Positions 56,992 to 64,000 of a stretch of DNA of 64,000 nucleotides are shown here, one piece after another. The first letter of the stretch is position 1. Each line of letters opens with the position of its first letter. Origin of the DNA: an uncultured Sporobacter sp. (GTDB taxonomy: Bacteria; Bacillota; Clostridia; Oscillospirales; Oscillospiraceae). The notes under the pieces were generated by a model that was given only the letters and a program-made list of their open reading frames with translations, was not told the DNA's origin and ran no database searches. The position numbers and the translations under genes were made by a program. The stretch spans positions 2,316,978 through 2,380,977 of the forward strand of contig OY776214.1 of NCBI GenBank assembly GCA_963675425.1. The letters run 5' to 3'.

Positions 56992-58686
56992 ATGAAGCTC
57001 ATGTATCAAATCAAGGAGTCATGCTCCGGGTGTCATTATTGTGAATTGGCGTGCCCTATGAGGGCTGTCTACTATAACGGCTCGAAATACGAGATCGACC
57101 GTGAGCAGTGCGTGGAATGCGGGCTCTGCGAGACGCTGTGCCCCACGTGTTCTATCTGCGATGAGCACGACAGGTTGAGTCCGGCGTCTCATGAAAGGAT
57201 TACCCGCAAATGCGATTTGGTCGTATGTGGCGGCGGGAGCGGTTTGGTCGCGGCTGTCAAAGCGGCCCAGCTTGGAAAGAAAGTTATTCTGCTGGAAAAG
57301 GCAAAGCGAATTGGCGGAAACATGTGCCTTGCCCACTCCTTTTTCCCGGTCTACAGCAGACTTCATGCCGAGCTTGGCTTAAATGATGTCAGGGAGGAGG
57401 CGGTCTCGGAGTTATCGGACCGCACAGGCGGCGTAATCGGCAGTGATATGATGCGTACAGCGGTGTATGGCTGCTCGGAGTTTACTGACTGGTTCTTGGA
57501 GTTTCCAGGTACGCGCAATCGGTTTTCACTTGAGCTGTCCGAACACGCGGTGGCTCGTCCTGTTTTCGGACCGGCTGTCCTGCGATTTCCCAAACGGATC
57601 GAAAACAAGCTAAGCAAGGATCCCTCCATAGGTCCGGGCTTTATGGGAAGCTTTGTGAAAAAGATCATGCTGGAGGCAATACCCAGCCAAAAGCTGGACG
57701 TTGAGATATTGCCCCGGCATGAAGCCAGACATCTGATAACCAACGGCGCCGGGAGAGTCACCGGCGTGATCGCCGGGGATCCCGGAGGTGAGACGGAAAT
57801 CCACTGCAAAGCCGTGATACTGGCGACCGGCGGTTATGGCGCAAGCGACGAAAAGCTGCAGAGGTATTTTAGATTCTTTGATACACAGTGGCCTATGCAA
57901 CGATTTACGGTTCCCAGCAATACCGGCGACGCAATCGATATGCTTCAGGAGTTGGGCGTAGAGCCTGACACTGAGCGTATGCATGTATCAACGTCCGGGC
58001 CGGCGCACCGCCCGTTCAGCTATAGCCTGTGCCGCGTATTGGAGCATCCCGCCGCATTGCTTGTTGACCTCAGCGGTAAGCGCTGGATCGATGAAAGTAC
58101 CTGCTTAACGGACGGGGCGGCAAGAATAAAGAGCAGCCTGGAAAAGGTCACATGGGGTATTTATACGCAAAAGAACATAGATGATATCATGCAAGGCTAT
58201 CTGGGTAATCCGTCACTAGCGGACGACTACGAATGCCTCGCATATTATCAGGAGGATCTGGATCGGGAGGCGGGCTACAGGAAGCCGCCCGTTTATAAGG
58301 CAGATACCATTGAAGAGCTCGCTGAAAAGCTTGATATTGACCCCGACGTACTGAAAAAGACGGCAGAGGACTATAACCGTTTCTGCAGAAACGGAATCGA
58401 TGAGGAGTTTAACAAAAACGCCGAATATCTGGCCCCAAGGGAGCAAGGGCCATACTATGCGATTTACGGGCAGTTGTTTTCGGAATGTGCCGCGGGCGGC
58501 TTAACGGTGGACGCGAAATGCCGCGTTCTGCATAACGACAACACCCCGATCTCCGGGCTTTACGCGGGCGGCGACGCTACGTCGGCGATGCAACGCCGCG
58601 GTGAGCCGGCAGTAGTTTCCGAACTGACATGGGCGCTGGCTTCAGCTTACCACTGTGCGGTTCAATCTGTAAAAGAAATGGAGTGA
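56992..58686 (+). CDS. 2x[4Fe-4S] ferredoxin fused to FAD-binding (SdhA/flavocytochrome c-like) oxidoreductase
   Basis: CSGCHYCELACP and CVECGLCETLCP; VVCGGGSG, LATGGY, TGDAI, GPYYAI, GLYAGGD. Confidence 0.88.
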   Translation: MKLMYQIKESCSGCHYCELACPMRAVYYNGSKYEIDREQCVECGLCETLCPTCSICDEHDRLSPASHERITRKCDLVVCGGGSGLVAAVKAAQLGKKVILLEKAKRIGGNMCLAHSFFPVYSRLHAELGLNDVREEAVSELSDRTGGVIGSDMMRTAVYGCSEFTDWFLEFPGTRNRFSLELSEHAVARPVFGPAVLRFPKRIENKLSKDPSIGPGFMGSFVKKIMLEAIPSQKLDVEILPRHEARHLITNGAGRVTGVIAGDPGGETEIHCKAVILATGGYGASDEKLQRYFRFFDTQWPMQRFTVPSNTGDAIDMLQELGVEPDTERMHVSTSGPAHRPFSYSLCRVLEHPAALLVDLSGKRWIDESTCLTDGAARIKSSLEKVTWGIYTQKNIDDIMQGYLGNPSLADDYECLAYYQEDLDREAGYRKPPVYKADTIEELAEKLDIDPDVLKKTAEDYNRFCRNGIDEEFNKNAEYLAPREQGPYYAIYGQLFSECAAGGLTVDAKCRVLHNDNTPISGLYAGGDATSAMQRRGEPAVVSELTWALASAYHCAVQSVKEME

Positions 58687-58691
58687 TCGAT

Positions 58692-60047
58692 ATGAGCACC
58701 CGTAGGCCCGATATGTCGCCCCACAAAACCCCGATGGCTGAGCAGCCTGTGGAGACGAGAATCAGTAATTTAAGCGAGGTGGGATTGGGTTATACCGATG
58801 AGCAGGCCATGGCCGAAGCCGAACGCTGTATGAACTGTCCCGAACGCTATTGTGCGGAAAACTGTCCGGCTCATACCGCCATACCGGTATTTATTGAAAA
58901 AATACGAGCGGGAGATTTTGAAAAGGCATATGAAATCATTGCCTCCACAAACCCGTGCGCCGCGATTTCCAGCCGGTTGTGCCCGTATGAGCGCCAATGT
59001 GAAAGCGCGTGTACACGCGGGATAAAACATGAGCCTGTAGCTATTGGACGTCTTGAGCGGTTTGTCTGCGACAAGCATCGCATGAAAGGTGCCGAAATAC
59101 TATATTCTGGGCCCCAAAAAAGAGGCAGCGCGGCTGTGGTGGGTTCAGGCCCCGCTGGATTATGCTGCGCGCGCGCCTTGGTAAAAGCAGGTGTATCAGT
59201 CACCGTTTTTGAAAAATCGGATCGCGTAGGTGGCGCTCTGTCATGGGGTATCCCGGCATTTGTGGTTCCAAAGATTCTGCTTGGGGATCTGGTCGGTGAG
59301 CTCGTTACGTATGGTGTGACGTTCAAAACCGGGATGGAGCTAGGCAGGGACATAACGCTTTGTGATTTACACAGCAAGTATGACGCGGTCTTTCTCGCCT
59401 GCGGGGCCGGTAAGCCGACCGACTTCCCCGCCATGGACGGCCAGCCAGGAGTAATGCAAGCCGCGGATTATCTGGTGGCGCCTGTGAAACCCTCCGCTGC
59501 GCGGGTTGCTGTATTCGGGGACGGTGGCACGGCAATCGATACAGCGCGGACTGCTTTAAGAGCGGGTGCGGATGAGGTTTCTTTGGTAATTTGGCGCACC
59601 GAAAAAGAAATACCCACCACTCAGGTTGAATTGGAATTAGCCCGAACAGAGGGCATAAAGGTAATTACTCTTTTAAGCCCCGCCAAATTTATTGCTGAAT
59701 CAGGAAAACTGACAGGGGTTGAGTGTCATATAATGACATTTATCGAACCCGATTATCCGGGCGGGTTTGGAAATGTCGCTCCTTCCGGACGGCGGACGGT
59801 TATAGACGCCGACCTTGCGATAATTGCTTTCGGGTTTGTAAACAAGCCTATTGAAGGAGTGAAGACGGATTCGCGAAACCGTATAATTGTGGATGAGAAA
59901 TACATGACTTCGACAAGCCGTATTTTCGCAGGGGGCGAGGCTGTGACCGGCCCTTCAACATTTATGAAATCGGCAGCCGCAGGCATGGCCGCCGCCGAAG
60001 CGATGCTACAGGTCTGCTTCGCTGACCAAATGAGGGATACAGAATAG
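58692..60047 (+). CDS. GltD/PreT/SudA-like NAD(P)H:Fe-S flavoprotein oxidoreductase
   Basis: EAERCMNC...CAENCP, RLCPYERQCESAC, GSGPAGL, GDGGTAIDTAR, FAGGEAVTGP; start at Met22. Confidence 0.88.
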   Translation: MSTRRPDMSPHKTPMAEQPVETRISNLSEVGLGYTDEQAMAEAERCMNCPERYCAENCPAHTAIPVFIEKIRAGDFEKAYEIIASTNPCAAISSRLCPYERQCESACTRGIKHEPVAIGRLERFVCDKHRMKGAEILYSGPQKRGSAAVVGSGPAGLCCARALVKAGVSVTVFEKSDRVGGALSWGIPAFVVPKILLGDLVGELVTYGVTFKTGMELGRDITLCDLHSKYDAVFLACGAGKPTDFPAMDGQPGVMQAADYLVAPVKPSAARVAVFGDGGTAIDTARTALRAGADEVSLVIWRTEKEIPTTQVELELARTEGIKVITLLSPAKFIAESGKLTGVECHIMTFIEPDYPGGFGNVAPSGRRTVIDADLAIIAFGFVNKPIEGVKTDSRNRIIVDEKYMTSTSRIFAGGEAVTGPSTFMKSAAAGMAAAEAMLQVCFADQMRDTE

Positions 60048-60048
60048 C

Positions 60049-60062
60049 GGGGGGGGGGGGGG
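60049..60062. repeat. Poly-G homopolymer (14 G)
   Basis: Directly read, immediately after the stop codon at 60047. Confidence 0.9.
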
Positions 60063-60272
60063 CCTCTTCAGCTGTGACAAGCGGATCCTGCAAATGCAGA
60101 TTTCTAAAACTCGGGTATTGGTATCATAACATCCTAGATATCCGCAGTATAGTAACCGTGTGGATCGCCCGATTTTCCATTTTTCTCGATGCGCAGTCCA
60201 CACCATTCCTTGAAACGGGAAGAGGGCTTCAAAATGAAAGCGGACTAATTTATATTATAGGGATGTGACAAC

Positions 60273-61283
60273 ATGGCAAATTCACCAAAAGAAAACCTGA
60301 TTATGGCGCTTCGGCACCAAACACCGGAATATATTCCCAACTTTCGGCTTGAGGCGATGTCTTATATTCCCTCGTGCATACATGAGCGCGCACCCGGCGA
60401 TGGATCGCCGCAGCAGCGCCAGGGGGGAACCGGGAAAGACTGGTTCGGGGTCGAATGGCTTTTTGAACCTACAGTCGGCGGTTCAATGGTCAACCCTCGT
60501 ATCCCGCCGATGCTTTATGATGTGAACGAATGGAAAGAGGTTGTTAAGTTCCCTAATTTGGACGCTATCGACTGGCAAGCAGCCCGGGAGCGGGATGAAG
60601 AACTGATCGACCGGGATAAGCTGCTTGTTATCACCATTTTAAACGGTCCCTTCGAGCGTATGCACTCGCTTATGGGTATGATAGATGCCAACTGCGCATT
60701 GGTCACCGACCCGGAGGTTTCCGCAGAATTATTAATGGCCATCGCTGAATATAAGATGAAGCTCATCGATAAAATCGTCGAGTATTATCCCGTGGATATG
60801 ATTGAGGTTCATGACGATTGGGGTCACCAGAAAAGCACCTTTATGTCGCCTGATACATGGGATGCACTCATAGCCCCGGCCATGAAAAAAATTGTGGCTC
60901 ACGTCAAGAGCAAGGGGAAGCTGTTTATGCTCCACTCCTGCGGAAAAATTGAGTCCCTGATTCCACGGATAATCGAAATCGGTATCGACCATTGGTCGTC
61001 CTGCCAGACCTGTAACGATATTGACGGGATTATCGCCAGGTATGGAGACAAAATAACGCTCCTTGGCGGGATGGATACACCCGAGCTTTCAAACTCCTCG
61101 AAGTCAAGGTCGGAGCTAAAAGAACTGGCCGCAAAACGCATTGACAAGATATGTAGAGGCTGCGGGCTTCTTGTATACGGTTCAATGAATAATCCGACGC
61201 TGATCGATGTCATTACTGAAGTAATTGAGGAAAGGAAACATTTCTTCAGTAAGCCTGAAAATCGGGAGCTGCCAAGGCTGTAA
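60273..61283 (+). CDS. Uroporphyrinogen decarboxylase-family protein (MtaA/CmuA-like methyltransferase fold)
   Basis: GKDWFGVEW, NGPFERMHSLMG, HDDWGHQ, FMSP, LHSCG. Confidence 0.82.
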   Translation: MANSPKENLIMALRHQTPEYIPNFRLEAMSYIPSCIHERAPGDGSPQQRQGGTGKDWFGVEWLFEPTVGGSMVNPRIPPMLYDVNEWKEVVKFPNLDAIDWQAARERDEELIDRDKLLVITILNGPFERMHSLMGMIDANCALVTDPEVSAELLMAIAEYKMKLIDKIVEYYPVDMIEVHDDWGHQKSTFMSPDTWDALIAPAMKKIVAHVKSKGKLFMLHSCGKIESLIPRIIEIGIDHWSSCQTCNDIDGIIARYGDKITLLGGMDTPELSNSSKSRSELKELAAKRIDKICRGCGLLVYGSMNNPTLIDVITEVIEERKHFFSKPENRELPRL

Positions 61284-61453
61284 TACATACCCGGGCGGGA
61301 GAAGAGGGAAGTTGTGAGAAACCCGCTCCCGCCATTTTTAATCAGCGAGCCCAACCCGCGCCTTTACACCGAGGTTGTCATCGGTGAGTTTGCAAGATGT
61401 ACCACAGATAACGATAATCGAATAACGTTGTTTGTTAATTGCTGGGAGATATC

Positions 61454-61482
61454 TTGACAACTTTGCCTTTGTACGCTAATAT
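61454..61482 (+). promoter_or_regulatory. Sigma70/SigA-type promoter for tetR
   Basis: TTGACA (61454-59), 17-bp spacer, TAATAT (61477-82). Confidence 0.7.
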
Positions 61483-61499
61483 GCAAGTATTCACTTGCA
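61482..61499. promoter_or_regulatory. TetR operator 1 (TGCAAGT-N4-ACTTGCA)
   Basis: tgcaagt-attc-acttgca abutting the -10 box. Confidence 0.8.
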
Positions 61500-61517
61500 G
61501 CAAGGGCGTGAGACTGG

Positions 61518-62099
61518 GTGGACGAGACGGCACAGAGAATAATCGATGCCACAATGGAGCTTTTAAAAGAAAAAGGTTATGTCGCAACGACGACAAAGGA
61601 CATAGCAAAAAAAGCCCACGTTAATGAATGTACAATTTTCCGGAAATTCAAGAGTAAAAAAGATATTGTTGTTTTGGGAATAGAACAGAATAAATGGCGG
61701 GGAAATGTTTCTTCCGAGATATTTAACAATGTCACATGGGACTTGCAGGCTGACCTCACAATGTACATGAGAAGCTATCTGGAGAGAATAACTGCAGATT
61801 TTGTTAAGCTTTCCATCGGCTTGCGCGCGCCGCAGATTAATGAGTACACCATTCCGTATATTATGAAAATTCCCGAGGCGTTTCTTAAATCACTCGTTCG
61901 ATATTTTGAGGCGATGCATGAAAAAGGTAAAATCGGTAAATTTGATTATGAAAGCCTGGCAATGACGATTTTTTCAGCCACCTTTGGTTTTACTTTTTTA
62001 ACAGCATCCTTTGGCGACCAATTAACAAAAGTAACGCAGCAGGAATATATCGAAAAAAGTGTGGCGTTATTTGTAAACGGAATAAGTATAAAAGATTGA
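61518..62099 (+). CDS. TetR/AcrR-family transcriptional regulator
   Basis: TTTKDIAKKAHVNECTIFRKFKSKKDI HTH. Confidence 0.93.
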   Translation: MDETAQRIIDATMELLKEKGYVATTTKDIAKKAHVNECTIFRKFKSKKDIVVLGIEQNKWRGNVSSEIFNNVTWDLQADLTMYMRSYLERITADFVKLSIGLRAPQINEYTIPYIMKIPEAFLKSLVRYFEAMHEKGKIGKFDYESLAMTIFSATFGFTFLTASFGDQLTKVTQQEYIEKSVALFVNGISIKD

Positions 62100-62140
62100 T
62101 GGTACCATCACAATGGATGGTACCAAAAAAATAGGCAGCA

Positions 62141-62158
62141 TGCAAGTGCGCACTTGCA
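62141..62158. promoter_or_regulatory. TetR operator 2 upstream of ilvB
   Basis: tgcaagt-gcgc-acttgca, perfect palindrome with arms identical to operator 1. Confidence 0.8.
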
Positions 62159-62180
62159 CGTCCGAAATGGAGTTGAATTT

Positions 62181-63902
62181 ATGGAGATAACAGGCGCAGA
62201 GCTTTTTGTAAAGGCTTTGAAGGAAGAGCGGGCTAATATGCTGTTTGGGTATCCCGGTGGTCAGGCCATCGACCTTTTCGACGCGCTGTATGGACAAGAT
62301 GATATCGAGATCATTTTGCCGCGCCATGAGCAGGGCTTAATTCACGCCGCAGACGGTTACGCGCGCTCAACAGGAAAGGTTGGCGTTTGCCTCGTTACAA
62401 GTGGGCCGGGTGCAACCAATCTGGTAACGGGTATCGCAACGGCAAATTATGACAGCGTACCATTGGTCTGCTTCACAGGTCAGGTGCCGACGAACCTCAT
62501 CGGCAACGACGCGTTTCAAGAGGTTGATATTGTCGGCATCACTAGAAATATTTGCAAATACGCGGTAACTGTCCGTAACCGACAGGATTTGGCGCGAATT
62601 ATCAAAAAAGCCTTTATTATAGCCAGGACGGGAAAGCCGGGCGTGGTGGTGGTTGATCTGCCCAAGGATATTCAGCGCGCCTATGGTGATGACACATACC
62701 CCGAGCTTGTTGACATTAGAGGGTATAAACCGAACAGTACCGTCCATGAAGGTCAGCTCAAAAAAGCGATGGAGGCTTTAAATCAGGCAAAGAAGCCGCT
62801 GTTTTTGGTTGGCGGCGGCGTCAATATCGCCGGGGCCGGCAAAGAAATGCGGCAACTGGCGGAACTCACCGGAATTCCTGTGGTGACAACTATGATGGGA
62901 AAAGGCGCCATACCCACAAGTCATCCCCTTTATATCGGAAATATCGGAATCCATGCCGGTTATGCCGCCAACTCAGCCATCAGCGCGTGCGACGTATTGT
63001 TTTCCATCGGAACGCGCTTCAACGATAGAATCACAGGAAAAACCGAGTCCTTCGCAAGAAATACGACGCTGATCCATATTGATATCGATCCGGCATCGAT
63101 TTCAAGAAACATTGCGGTTGATATCCCGATTGTGGCGGACGCCCAAAAAGCGATTGAGCTGCTGCTCAAGAAGGCAAAGCCTCTGGAATGCAAGGACTGG
63201 TTGGGTGAGATCGCGGCATGGAAAGAGGCCTACCCGCTTACGATGAAGCGAGGCGGCCTGACGCCACAGAGTATCATCGAACACATCAATCAAGACTTTA
63301 GAAACGCCATTGTCGTAACTGATGTGGGGCAGAACCAGCTTTGGACCACGCAGTTTCTGGAGCTGGACGAAAACAGACAGCTGCTGACCTCCGGCGGCCT
63401 TGGGACCATGGGCTATGGCCTCCCTGCCGCGCTGGGCGCCAAATTGGGAAACCCGCAAAAAGATGTTATCGTGATTTCCGGAGACGGCGGGATTCAAATG
63501 AATATTCAGGAGCTGGCCACAGCCGTTGTTCAGGAGCTGCCGGTAATCGTCTGTATATTCAATAACGGGTATCTTGGAAACGTGCGTCAATGGCAGGAAA
63601 TGTTCTATCATAAGCGGTATTCCGGCACCTGCCTGCGGTACCGAAAAGGCTGTGCGGCGCATTGCAGTGCACCTGGGCAAAATTGTCCGCCGTATACGCC
63701 CGATTATATAAAGCTGGCGGAAAGCTACGGGGCCTGCGGTATCCGTGTAACGCAGGCGGAAGAGATAGATGCGGCGTTGCAAACCGCAAAAAAGAACCTT
63801 TTCGCCCCGACTGTTATTGAATTTATAATTGAGCCGGAAGAAAACGTCTTGCCGATTGTCCCGCCGGGCAGTCCGCTCAATGACATGATTATGGAATACT
63901 AA
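62181..63902 (+). CDS. ilvB: Acetolactate synthase large subunit
   Basis: FGYPGG, RHEQG, TSGPGATN, GTRFNDRITG, ThDP motif GDGG...NN; start at Met10. Confidence 0.95.
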   Translation: MEITGAELFVKALKEERANMLFGYPGGQAIDLFDALYGQDDIEIILPRHEQGLIHAADGYARSTGKVGVCLVTSGPGATNLVTGIATANYDSVPLVCFTGQVPTNLIGNDAFQEVDIVGITRNICKYAVTVRNRQDLARIIKKAFIIARTGKPGVVVVDLPKDIQRAYGDDTYPELVDIRGYKPNSTVHEGQLKKAMEALNQAKKPLFLVGGGVNIAGAGKEMRQLAELTGIPVVTTMMGKGAIPTSHPLYIGNIGIHAGYAANSAISACDVLFSIGTRFNDRITGKTESFARNTTLIHIDIDPASISRNIAVDIPIVADAQKAIELLLKKAKPLECKDWLGEIAAWKEAYPLTMKRGGLTPQSIIEHINQDFRNAIVVTDVGQNQLWTTQFLELDENRQLLTSGGLGTMGYGLPAALGAKLGNPQKDVIVISGDGGIQMNIQELATAVVQELPVIVCIFNNGYLGNVRQWQEMFYHKRYSGTCLRYRKGCAAHCSAPGQNCPPYTPDYIKLAESYGACGIRVTQAEEIDAALQTAKKNLFAPTVIEFIIEPEENVLPIVPPGSPLNDMIMEY

Positions 63903-63919
63903 TGGAGGAGGCGGTTTTG

Positions 63920-64000
63920 GTGAAGAAAAGATGGCTCTGTTTGTTTGTAGAAAATGAAATCGGTGTACTTGCCCATATATCAGGTCTGTTTTCAGGTAAA
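63920..64000 (+). CDS. ilvN: Acetolactate synthase small (ACT) subunit, 3'-truncated by window edge
   Basis: gtg aag aaa aga tgg ... gives MKKRWLCLFVENEIGVLAHISGLFSGK; GGAGGAGG RBS. Confidence 0.85.
   Translation, partial: MKKRWLCLFVENEIGVLAHISGLFSGK

Noticed and set aside
53656-58686. Calling the flavoenzymes fumarate reductase or urocanate reductase
   Set aside because: The fumarate-site HGxNRLGG segment is absent, and substrate-defining residues cannot be assigned without alignment.

Overview
Gene-dense window from an anaerobic Clostridia-like bacterium (Oscillospiraceae-like style, by inference), made almost entirely of accessory catabolic and redox modules. (1) 1-2956: the 3' part of a glycyl radical enzyme (GRE) with an unusual CX2CX3CX5C insert, plus its activase. 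A ~220-bp MITE-like element has duplicated the terminator between them. (2) ~3.1-23.1 kb: an AT-richer divergent island. The left arm is a TRAP transporter, two cyclase (KynB-like) paralogs, one of them apparently catalytically dead, and DUF169. The right arm interleaves pieces of the DVU_155x/Trs module (Zn-ribbon protein, methyltransferase, two TrsS/MJ0619-like radical SAM enzymes, AMP-dependent CoA ligase) with a 2-hydroxyacyl-CoA dehydratase/benzoyl-CoA reductase-type set (one activase, one beta-like subunit, three alpha-like paralogs), an orphan dihydrolipoamide dehydrogenase and a TetR. This is the best candidate for an undescribed system. (3) 24-35 kb: cytoplasmic sulfatase, anSME maturase, TauE exporter, sugar-type ABC transporter and LysR. 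(4) 35.4-46.1 kb: a tRNA 3' fragment and 31-bp direct repeats flanking a module of Opp, M19 dipeptidase, PatB C-S lyase, RidA and PucR. (5) 46.7-61.3 kb: a LacI-controlled family-5 ABC transporter followed by an apparently cytosolic flavinylation/reductase module (double FMN-binding flavoenzyme, ApbE, ferredoxin-fused flavoenzyme, GltD-like oxidoreductase) and a URO-D-family protein. (6) TetR with two matching operators, followed by ilvB and the start of ilvN. No rRNA, intact tRNA or CRISPR array was seen. All family calls come from motif recognition, not database searches.
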